Below are positions 53,351-64,000 of a stretch of DNA of 64,000 nucleotides, piece after piece. The DNA lies in the NCBI GenBank assembly GCA_951406725.2, contig OX597817.1, positions 69,378,001-69,442,000 of the forward strand, in the 5' to 3' direction. Both the position numbers and the translations under genes were made by a program. The stretch is from Octopus vulgaris (lineage: Eukaryota). Within the stretch, counting starts at the first letter, position 1. Each line of letters begins with the position of its first letter. The notes under the pieces are model-generated. The model was not told the DNA's origin, ran no database searches, and was given only the letters and a program-made list of their open reading frames with translations.

Positions 53351-53947
53351 ACAAATTAACTATTGGTAAATTTGATTCAGAATGTTTTTAAACATTTGCA
53401 GGGGTTGCCTAGATGTGTCCCATTTAATTTCTGTATGAAGGAAAAATAAAATGGTTGAGATAGGGAACAGTATACAGCTTTTGTACAGAATTAATTGTTG
53501 CATATACTATGTTCCAACTTCAAGGCATTTAAGGTCCTACTAAGAGATTGTGCTCTGTTAGCATAGGTTTCAGAGTCAGTGAGGAATGCAAGCCACCACA
53601 TCATAAGGACTGGGCCTTGTGGTAGTTGTTTATATCTTCCACTGACTTATTCGATTGTCACAAGATTTGTATTAAGTTCTGTCAGCATTTTTCATGCCAA
53701 CTATTCACCCAGTCATTTTGTGCTTCTGAAGCTGCATGGAATAAGAGGTAACTTGAAAACCAGCAAAAGGTTAGCATCAAAAAGAGCATCTAGCAGCAAA
53801 GTAGTGCCTTAACAACATATTCATCTAACTCATACTACCATGATAAAACAGGTATAAAAAAAAAAAATGAAAAATACATACAGATATATACATGTATGTA
53901 CATATATACATGCATAGCTATCTAATTGAATAATAATAATAATAATG

Positions 53948-54700
53948 GAAATGGAGGCTCTATTCTGTGCTGCCCAGGAGCAAGCATTAAGAACTAATTA
54001 CATCAAATACAGAATAAACACATCAGAAAATGATAAGTGCAGAATTTGTGGACAAAATGGTGAACCCATGTGGCATATTACCATTAGCCCAGAAAGAATA
54101 TAAGAGACATCATGATAGTATAGCAAGGATTGTCCATAGGACACATTGCAACAAGTATGGACTCGATAGAGTAAAAAAGTGGTTTGCTCATAAAGCCGAA
54201 GGCATCATCGAAAATGATACTGCAAAAATCCTATGGCATTTTATGATTCAGTGCGACCATGAGATAGAGAATATGAAGCCAGACAGTCTTAATTGAGAAA
54301 AAAAGCAAATGATGCTGGATCATAGATATAGCACATCCAGCTGACAACAAGATATGTGATAAGGAAGAAAGAAAAGTCAATAGATATGACAGTTTATCTT
54401 GGAAGGATAAGCAGTTGTGGTTGCTGAAAAAGGTGGTAGTAGTACCAATAATTGTCAGAGCCCAAGGAACAGTGAGTAAAAATATTGAGAAGTACATTGA
54501 ACAAATTAGAGGCTGCAATAAGGGTGGAGCACTTGCAGAAAACAGCACTGCTTGGAACTGCTCGAATACTCCGGATGGTGCACAAAAAATAAGGGGTGTT
54601 ACCTTAGTTCACTGGTAGTGAACAGCTAACACCATAGTACATCTCCAGCGTTAGAAGCTGTGCAAAAACAATAAATTAATAATAATAATAATAATAACAA
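53948..54700 (+). mobile_element. R4/Dong-clade non-LTR retrotransposon 3' end (zinc knuckle plus restriction-like endonuclease)
   Basis: AAQEQALRTNY; KCRICG; YKRHHD; KILWHF; KPD; IIDIA; VVPIIV. Flanked on both sides by (TAA)n. Confidence 0.88.
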
Positions 54701-55110
54701 TTATAGATAAGGAAAAGCAAAGTTGCTTATTTATCAAACCATCATGCCCATTTCATTCCAGGATCATAAAGAAAGAGGAAGAAAAACATTAAAACAAAAT
54801 ACAATCCCTTAAAATTTGAAACGGGAAGAATTTGGAGCATGTGAATACTAAAGGTAGTGCCTATAATAATTGGTGCATTGGGAACAGTAAGCCAAGTAAG
54901 ATAAACAGCTGAAAGAGATTGAAATAGAATGCCTGGTAGAGCTCCAACAGAAAGTTTGTCTCTCAGAGATAACAAGGATTATCAGGAGGATTCTAAGCAC
55001 ATGAAAGACTGCTGGAAACTTGTGGGTACCTAAGGTTACAGGTAGTAACCCGCTACCCACATAAATCCTACCAGGAATAAAACCAAATCTGAGCCAAACC
55101 AAAATAATAG
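54701..55110 (+). mobile_element. Second R4/Dong-like 3' fragment
   Basis: GRIWSM...KVVPIIIGALGTV...LQQKVCL; ends in a TAA-rich tail. Further decayed pieces at about 55620-56130 and 56930-57110. Confidence 0.7.
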
Positions 55111-55309
55111 TAATATTAATAAAGTGAAACTGAACTAGTGTATGTGTTTGTTATTGTCATAATGATCCTCCCAAGTTACAACAAAATCTGTTTCAATACA
55201 TGAGTTCACATCAAGAATCTTGCAAACCAAAAACAAAAACGAAATATGCATATATCTACTTCTATATGTATTAATGCATGTGTGCATATATACACACATG
55301 CATATATAC

Positions 55310-55541
55310 ACACAGACACCGACAGACAGACACACACACACATATATATATATGTATACATAATGTGTGTGTTTGTATGTATGTCTGTAAGCATATATGT
55401 ATAAGCATGTGTGCATATATACACACACATGCATGCATGCATACATGCTTATACATATATGCTTACAGACATACATACAAACACACACATTATGTATACA
55501 TATATATATGTGTGTGTGTGTCTGTCTGTCGGTGTCTGTGT
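55310..55541. repeat. Near-perfect foldback, about 105-bp arms
   Basis: ACACAGACACCGACAGAC...ATAAGCATGTGTGCAT (55310-55416) mirrored by ATGCATACATGCTTAT...GTCTGTCGGTGTCTGTGT (55437-55541). Confidence 0.9.
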
Positions 55542-56146
55542 CTGTGTGTCTGTGTGCGTGTGTGTGTGCATGCACACATATGTGTGTGTGTGTATATAGG
55601 GCAAGTTAACTGTTTCAAATTCATGAATACTAAATTCTGTGATAACATTATGAATCCAGCTGTTTTAGAAAATGACAATACAAAGATCCTGAGGAAAATA
55701 TCATAGAGACTGATCACCAGCTGCTACGGAAAACACACTAAACAATAGTCCATGATAAATTTGACAATAGCATCTTTATAACTGACAGTGCTACTAAGTG
55801 ACTTTCATAATGTGCAAAAGCCAAGATCGGAAGCTTTACTATTAAATCAACTAATCTTTTGAATTGCAATCATGACGGCATATAAGAAGAGTGCCCATCA
55901 TACCATTTGTAATTAGTGCAACTTAATTGATACACAATCAGTTTTACAAGAAGTTTTCAATAAGATAAATAAGTATTGATATATGAATGTTCCAGAAAAT
56001 AAAAGTATTTCAGATGGTAAATATTTGTTAGAGAATTATCTCAAAGCATTTATTGACTGAGCCAACATTGTTTGTAATGTATGTCTTCAAAGAATAATTG
56101 CATTCTTTGAGGTGTAAGAAAGAAAACTAAATAATAATAATAATAA

Positions 56147-56186
<40 letters not shown>

Positions 56187-56225
56187 AATAATAACCATAA
56201 TAATAATAATAATAATAATAATAAT

Positions 56226-56845
56226 TCTTTTATCAGCCACAAGGTTAGTATAAAGATACATTAAAGGACATGACAGGACAATACAAAAGATTTTTAAATG
56301 TGTAAATAAGATAACAAGGAAAAAACAAATAAAATTCCCAATGGGGGAGGCACTTTAAGGCGACTCATGGAAAAACCCACAAAAGTCACAGGTGCCTGGT
56401 TGAGAGGGCAAGAGCCCTTCTCCTCTAATTTCCTTTTTTTACAGGTGTATGCTTAGAATTGTTCCTTTTACACTGGCCGTTCTTCCAACATTCACCCACC
56501 TTTCAGCAAACTTGCTAGAAGACAACATTTCCCTCTCCGCCCTCACTTTCCTTTTCAAGTGATACTTGAAAAAGTTGATGCGGGTTTGGCCAAAGAGAAA
56601 AGTGTCTGACATTAGCTCTTTCAATAGAGTCCACCATACTACCTCTTTTGTTACAGCCAAAAGACAAATGAAAATTACCTCTCCCCTCACCCCCTCGTTA
56701 AAAGAGGATGGCGGAGCGATCTTCACTATGAATTCAGCAGATAGCCAGATCTGTCCTACACGTGACAGCAGCTGTTCAAAATAAACCCACAGGTCAGTAA
56801 TGCTTGGACACTGGACAAGTGCATGCAGAACAGTTATATAGTTGA
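56226..56845 (-). mobile_element. Tx1/L1-clade LINE 3' end (ORF2 C-terminus plus 3' UTR)
   Basis: TVLHALVQCP (HxxxxC end of the C-terminal zinc finger), then DLW...KEVVWW...FAERW. The 3' UTR ends CCTTGTGGCTGATAAAAGAA next to (TTA)n. Confidence 0.7.
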
Positions 56846-57909
56846 TGTTCGAGCCCCTCTGACCCATGAATATTCAGGAAAGAAGGTGAAAAAAATTGAT
56901 ATATACAATCCTCTTTAGTACAAGGCTATGTAAAAATAAAGAAGGTGAAGATAGTACCAATTATTGTTGGGTCCTTGGAGACAACATCAGAAGGCATCAA
57001 GAAGAATATAAAGGAAATTGGAATGGAGCGCCCAATAGTACTGTTACAAAAGGTTTGCCTCTTGGCATGGCCAGAATAATCAGGAAGGTATTAGTTGAGA
57101 AGAACAGAGAGCATGGTACTGATGAAATAAGTACCAGTGGAATACTCGGGTCAATATAATCAACTTATCCCCTTTCCTAAAATTGCTGGCCTCATGTCAA
57201 GATTTAAAATCAGTATTTATATAATACAAGGAAGCAAGCTGGCAAAATTATTAGCATGCTGGATGAAATGATTAACAGAATTTCATCCATCTTTACATTC
57301 TGAGTTCAAATTCTGCCAAAGTCCACTTCCAGGGTCATTGAAATAAATACCAGATGAGGACTGAGGTCAATGTGACCAGCTTACCCACATCTCCCAAAAT
57401 TGCTGGTCTTGTCCCAAAATTTGAAGCCAATGTTTTTTGTAGGATTTTCCCATATTTGGAATAATTTATCTTCATGTCATTATCTAAGGATTACCTAGCT
57501 GGACAGCTTACAAACAGAATATATCATTCTTCAGGCCTGTTAAGTTCAAAAGACTCAAGTGCTTTCAGAAAAAAAAAAGTGCAAGCAAAAAGTAGAATAA
57601 CAATGATATATCAATATATTTGGAATTCCCAGAGGATTTATGAGTTAGTCACACAACAGTCCTCTTTGATTTTCTGTTTATTTTTATTATAATTCTGACA
57701 CAGCTGGCAGTAGTAAAATGATTAGTCTGAGCAGCAGCAAAGTAATGGAGTGGGTGTAAAAGACAGAGGTGAAACAGTTCCTAGAGTTCTTGTATATTTA
57801 CTTTGTTACTTCTAAGAAGCCGTTATGTATATAATGCAGTATAATCAGTTGCTACGATATGCATATATTAATAACCTTATGAATAGCACACTTCTTTAAG
57901 TGTTTATGA

Positions 57910-57945
<36 letters not shown>

Positions 57946-59059
57946 CATGAATGATCATATGAATATATGCATGTGTGTATGTGTGTATCTAAGCATTTGT
58001 ATGTAAGAAAGTTATGCATATAAACTACAAAAGCCAGCACGGGAATTCACATCAATAGTATATCAAACAATGAGTAGCAAGGAATACTTTATGATCGGAT
58101 GTCTGCTTGGTGAACTTACCTGAGGCTAAATGGTAGCAAAAACAAGAAACCCAATATGTGGCCACTTGACATGCTAGAAACAGTAGCTAAACTTCCCCAA
58201 AACATTCTACAATCATCACCATCACTTAACATCTGCCTTCCAATGCTGGCATGGGCTGGACAGTTTGGCAGGAGCTAGGTAAACTGGAGAGCTGCACCAG
58301 GCTCCCTTGCCTGCTTAGGCACAGTTTCTATTGCTGGATGCCCTTCCTAATGCCAACCACTTTACAGAGTGTGCTGGGTGCTTTTTATGTGGCACCAACA
58401 CCAGTGGGTTCACCAAATAACTTGCAAGATAAAGACATTTCATGCATTGAATAATTTTATCTTAAAAATAGCTAGAATTCCTTTCCTGATTAGGATACTG
58501 AATAACAGGTGGAAATTATAAAACTATAGCTGATCAGTGGTCAGCTGGGGAACATTTTCAGCAGAGCAGACTGCAGCAACATGAAATGAAATCTGCCTCA
58601 ATAAATACCATTTGACCGAAATAAGCATGGAAAAGAGAATATTAAAAATAATGATAATAGAACATAGAACTTCACTGATGAATTCATCTCAATTTGTACC
58701 TAAAGGCTTTTGGTTTTATCACTGATATTTTAAAGCTGTTATATTAACTTCATGCTGATATCGATCAGTTGCTCTGTCAATCAGTCTTAATACTCATTTT
58801 GACCATCTGAATGTATAGAGGCTATTTGAAGTAAAGTGCCAATGCACTTTCCAGACAGGAAAACAAACCACAATTTCATGATTAATAACTCAGTTGCCTA
58901 ACTATTAAATCACGTCCCTTCTCAGGAGCTAATAGAAATAGCAGCCAAATCTTCCTCAAAACATATCCTACATCCTACTGTCTTATTTTTAAAAAATGGG
59001 AAGACATACAAAAATAATGTCATGTTAGAAATGCAAAAACACAAGCATAAAGCAAATTT

Positions 59060-59445
59060 GCAAATTCGATGACTGGCACCCGTGCCAGTGGAGCACTAAG
59101 AGCACCATCTGTGATCACTGCCAAAGCAGCTAACTGGCTTCTGTGCCGGTGGCATGTAAAAAGCACTATGATTGTTACCAGAATCACTTTACTGGCACTT
59201 GTGCCGGTGGCACTTGAAAAAACATTCAAGCAAGGTCATTGCCAGTACCACCAGACTGGTCCTAGTGCCAGTGGCACGTGAAAGCACCCACTACACTCTC
59301 GGAGTGGTTGGCGTTATGAAGGGCATCCAGCTATAGAAACTCTGCCAGATCAGATTGGAGCCTGGTGCAGCCATCTGGTTTGCCAGTCCTCAGTCAAATT
59401 GTCCAACCCATGCTAGCATGGAAAGCAGATGATGATGATGATGTT
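59060..59445 (+). mobile_element. RTE 3' UTR-derived repeat with internal tandem units
   Basis: Four GTGCCRGTGG units, GAAGGGCATCCAGCTATAGAAAC and a (GAT)n tail. Another copy lies at about 58210-58430 (-). Confidence 0.8.
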
Positions 59446-59896
59446 CATGGCTCTACAATATCAAGGGGACACTACAATATCAAGAACTGCCATATAAAAG
59501 TCTGATTAAGTTGTCTAGGACCAGGGATTTTCATCCACAAGAATCAAACAACAAATGGCTTGTGTTACAAAAGATGTTCCTTCTTTTTTTTTTCTCCCAT
59601 TTTTTTTTCAAATTTAGGAATCCAGATCTGCTTATCTCTTTTCATTACATTGCAACAGCAATTTCAGTAAAAATAGATAAAAAAATTGAAGAGGCTGCAA
59701 CCAACAGCGGTACCATAAATTTTGGCATGACATATTCATTATAATTCAGACAAATACTGACGAAGACAGAGAGTTTTCACACTGACTAGGAGAAGCAGGC
59801 AGTTCATATGAAAGCTTTACAAAAGACAAACTGAGTAGATCAGACGAAATGACAGCATCCCTCATATACATAAATAAATGTAATGTAATATAATAT

Positions 59897-59957
<61 letters not shown>

Positions 59958-60200
59958 AATGATTGTAAACAAAATGAAAATATACAGAAACTATAATGAT
60001 AAATAAATAAATAAATAAGTAAATAAATAAATAAACGTACAGATATAAACATTATTATGCTTTTCATGTTTGATGGCTTGTTCAGCCAAAGTCAGCTGCG
60101 TATAATGCCTCCCTATACCTGCTAATATATAGAAATAACCATTAACGTATGAGCTTATCAAACACCAAGGTAATTTAGAAATTCTGCTACTATTGTATGC

Positions 60201-60231
<31 letters not shown>

Positions 60232-60279
60232 TATGTGTGTGTGTGAGTGAGGCAAACACAAAGCCAAGACTGATAGCAT

Positions 60280-60384
60280 TACAATATATATATGTGTGTG
60301 TGTATATATACATATATATATATACATATACATATATATATATATATAGTATACATATATATATTATAAATACATATATATAGT

Positions 60385-60431
<47 letters not shown>

Positions 60432-60678
60432 CATTTATATACATATATATATATATAGTATACATATATAATATATGCACATATATAGTATAGATATATA
60501 TATTATATATACATTTATATACATATATATAGTATACATATATATATGTATATATAGAATAGTATACATACATAGTATACATATATATATAATATATACA
60601 TATAGTATACATATATATATTATATATACATATAAACCTACATATATATATTATATATATACATATAAACCTACATAA

Positions 60679-60715
<37 letters not shown>

Positions 60716-60774
60716 TACATACACATAGATTACAACAGGTCTATATATACCTGCATACCTCTCTCTCTCAGGAC

Positions 60775-60810
<36 letters not shown>

Positions 60811-60960
60811 TCTATGCATGTATGCATGTATGTATGTATGTATGTATGTATGTATGTATGTATGTATGTATGTATGTATGTATGTATGTATGTATGTATG
60901 TATGTATGTATGTATGTATGTATGTATGTATGTATGTATGTATGTATGTATGTATGTATA
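60280..60960. repeat. Compound (TA)n and long (TATG)n microsatellites
   Basis: Directly visible. Confidence 0.95.
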
Positions 60961-61239
60961 GACCTGTTGTAATCTCATAATGCAGTTGAAAACAACATAG
61001 GATAAAACAGAAAAAGAGAATAAAAAAAATAATTTCAAACTACAGTGAATACTTTTAAGCATATTCCATGTTTTGCTAGCTGACAAATCAAATTGGTAGC
61101 TTTTGAAAGGATGAATAGAAAGTGAGGAAGGGGATGAGGTTGGAGAGTGGGGGGGTGTTTTATTTCATAGCTTGTTTGTTGTTCGGATGATGAGAAAGGA
61201 AAAGAGACAGAACAGAGTAAAAAACAGAATGGGAAATAG

Positions 61240-61297
61240 TGACGATGATGATGATGATGACGACGACAACAAGGATAACAAAAACAGCAGCAGCAGC

Positions 61298-61332
<35 letters not shown>

Positions 61333-61433
61333 CAACAGCAATAATAATAATAACGATGATGATGATAATAATAATAATAATAACAACAACAACAGCAGTA
61401 ATAATAATAACAATGGTGATGATAATAATAATG

Positions 61434-61486
<53 letters not shown>

Positions 61487-61487
61487 T
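61240..61487. repeat. Compound trinucleotide tract (GAT/AAC/CAG/AAT)
   Basis: Directly visible; source of the poly-Asn, poly-Ile and poly-Leu ORFs. Confidence 0.95.
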
Positions 61488-61678
61488 TCGAGTGAACATT
61501 GACAACAGCAGAAATGGGAACGAGAGTCATTTTGGAGATAGATATCACATACTGTATATCTGAAAGTGTACGTGTGTGTGTGTGTGCGTGTGTTTGCTTG
61601 TATGTGTGGGGGGTATGGGTGTGTATACATCCACACACACATATATATATATATATTACATATAATATTATATATTTA

Positions 61679-61721
<43 letters not shown>

Positions 61722-61860
61722 TTTTTTCTTTTTCTTTTTACTTGTTTCAGGCATTTGACTGTGGCCATGCTGGAGCACCACCTTTCGTCGTATTTTACAA
61801 GATTATTTACGTATATTTATTAATTTATCTAATTAATTATTTTATTATTCTTGTTATCTT

Positions 61861-61964
61861 TAACCTGAAGAGTGGCTATATTTATACTGATGTGATTTTA
61901 CTACTACTACTATTATTTTTACTATTATCATTTCTTAAATATAGCCACGAAACACGTGTCATTA
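61861..61964 (+). ncRNA. Type I hammerhead ribozyme motif with 13-bp stem II
   Basis: CTGAAGA 61865-61871; GTGGCTATATTTA/TAAATATAGCCAC; GAAAC 61949-61953; palindromic ACGT; GTC 61958-61960; stem I TAAC/ATTA with a first-pair mismatch. Confidence 0.85.
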
Positions 61965-62323
61965 TTCTACCACATATATACGTTTTATTTATTATTTTTA
62001 TATTTAATCTTTCTATAATATGTAATTTTTCTAAATGGTATAATTTAATTTTTCATTATTGAATTGATAGGTTGTTTTTTTTCTAATTTATATAAATATA
62101 TATACACATATAAATATATATATATATACACACACACACATATATATATAGATACACACACACACATATATATATACACATACATATATACATACACATA
62201 AATATACATATACACATACATATGTAAACACATATATATATACACATACATATATATATATATACATACATATATATATATATATATACACATACATATA
62301 TATACACATATATACATACATAT

Positions 62324-62374
<51 letters not shown>

Positions 62375-62515
62375 TACACATACATATATATACAAATACA
62401 TATATATATATACATACATATATATATATACGCATACATATAAATATATATATACACAATATATATATATTATATATACACATGCATATATACACTATAT
62501 ATATATATATATATA

Positions 62516-62870
62516 ACTCAAATCCATCAGTCACAAATGCCCATGGATGCACCAAAGTCTGGGGTAGAAGTCTGGGCAGAAAGTCACCTCACTGGCACAA
62601 CCTAGGGTTGCTTTTATGGAAGACCAGCAGTCTCCCATGTATAGCATCCACCCCTTTCCACGCCACCAATGTTATACAAGGGAAAGGCAAAGGCCAATAA
62701 AGCTTGGCACCAGTGATGTCGCAACTCATTTCTACAAGTGAGTGAACTGGAGCAACGTGAAATAAAGTGGCTTGTTCAAGAACACAACATGTAGCCCGGT
62801 CTGGGAATCGAACTCACTACCTCATGATTGTAAGCTTAATGCTCTAACCACTGAGCCATGTGCCTTCACA
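62516..62870 (-). mobile_element. tRNA-derived SINE (CORE-like) with intact A/B boxes
   Basis: Minus strand: TGGCTCAGTGG and GTTCGATTCC, then GTGTTCTTGAACAAGCCAC. A 5' part of the same subfamily lies at about 46028-46190. Confidence 0.85.
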
Positions 62871-63559
62871 CACACACACACATACTCATATATATTTATA
62901 TATTTCATATTAAGAAACTGGAGGTGACTTAACTACCTGAAGGTGTTTTCCTGGGAGTGGTTTTGTCACAACAAATATACATGTTTATATATACATATAT
63001 AAATGTGTGTAAGCATGTATGTACGTATATTAATAAATTTTCAATATCTGTATTTGCCTGACAAGGAAATTTATTAAATTTTCATTTATTTGTTTACTCA
63101 AACATTGCGGGTGGGGCTTTAGAAACCAGAGAATCCAATATTTCCCTAAGTTTATGATATTTCATCATTGATTTCTATGCATTTATTTATTTGTTCCTTC
63201 TACCATTTATATATTTGTTTTATTTATATGTATTTTTTAGTTTTCCAAGTGAAGTTATTTGGTCTATATTTTCAAATAACAAAGTAAAATGTCTAAAAAA
63301 AATTATAAGTTTCTTCTGATTCACTAATACATAAATCTAGTTGGAAAACCTGGTCTTTACTTGATCATATTCCTTGTTGTAATGAACACATAATGAGAAA
63401 ATAAATAAATAAGATATCGAAACAAAATATCACAGCAGAATGGTAGACATGTTATGTAAAGCAAAAAATTCTTGTCAGTTTTAACTGATATTAAAATATA
63501 TATTGAATTCCCTCCCACTCCAATTCAGCCATTAGTTTCATTTCATTTTATTTTATAGA

Positions 63560-63890
63560 GTTTTTGTGTACAAAAACATGCCATCTATCTCCCCAGGTTG
63601 GCTAGTAGTTTAATTTTGTCATATTATGTAATTTTTGGATTCAAAACAACATATCTACCAACTCTCAGAATGAGCGATGGGTTTTGTTTTTTGGCAATTT
63701 ATGTATTTTGTGGATACAAAACAGGACATCTATCTACCCTAGTTGAACGGTGGTTTAATTTTTACTCAGTCTATGCAAATTTGGGATATGGGATATGAAA
63801 TATAATATCTACCCTACCCAAGGTGAACAGTAGTTTCATTTTGACAATTTACATCATCTGAGACAAAGATAATTAAACTACCCAGGGTAT
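63560..63890. repeat. Degenerate minisatellite, about 70-bp unit, 4-5 copies
   Basis: Recurring GGATACAAAA...ATCTAYCT.CCC.GGTTGA...GTRGTTTAATTTT blocks. Confidence 0.6.
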
Positions 63891-64000
63891 CAGAGATAAC
63901 TTTACTAGGTGTTTTCTTTGGAGCAGCTTCAAAGTAACAACACATACACAAGACCAACTTTCCATACTCTGATGGACAAGAGCTTTTTATAATCCACACT

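Noticed and set aside
58670-59850. Isolated CTGATGA (58675) and CTGACGA (59757)
   Set aside because: No properly placed stem II plus GAAA plus NTH.
62790-62870. tRNA-like sequence with A and B boxes
   Set aside because: Continues into a SINE core and is multicopy; no complete acceptor stem seen.
63428-63450. TATCACAGC matching the miR-2 family seed
   Set aside because: No precursor hairpin, and the rest of the mature sequence does not match.

Overview
AT-rich, microsatellite-dense animal DNA with no confidently identifiable host protein-coding gene. The repeat families look like those of an octopus or other coleoid cephalopod; this is recognition of repeat motifs, not a database match. Nearly all entries in the ORF track are artefacts of (TA)n, (TG)n, (CAT)n or (AAT)n tracts, or of SINEs. 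The window holds many tRNA-derived SINEs (CORE-like and Meta/MESC-like), RTE LINE 3' ends, three decayed Penelope-like elements (PLEs), a decayed mariner, a decayed hAT-type transposon, R4/Dong-like and Tx1-like LINE 3' ends, and MITEs. The most notable signal is a dispersed set of type I hammerhead ribozyme motifs on both strands. Six complete cores (2.0, 2.4, 3.5, 3.8, 22.7, 61.9 kb) have palindromic or near-palindromic stem III loops, and several have long stem II inserts and extra A residues. They sit in short non-coding PLE-LTR or retrozyme-like units inserted in (TA)n tracts, and two such units form long foldbacks. Other observations: a SINE tail resembling the Tx1-like LINE 3' end, and repeated microsatellite-anchored inverted duplications. 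All coordinates were counted by hand; repeat boundaries are approximate.
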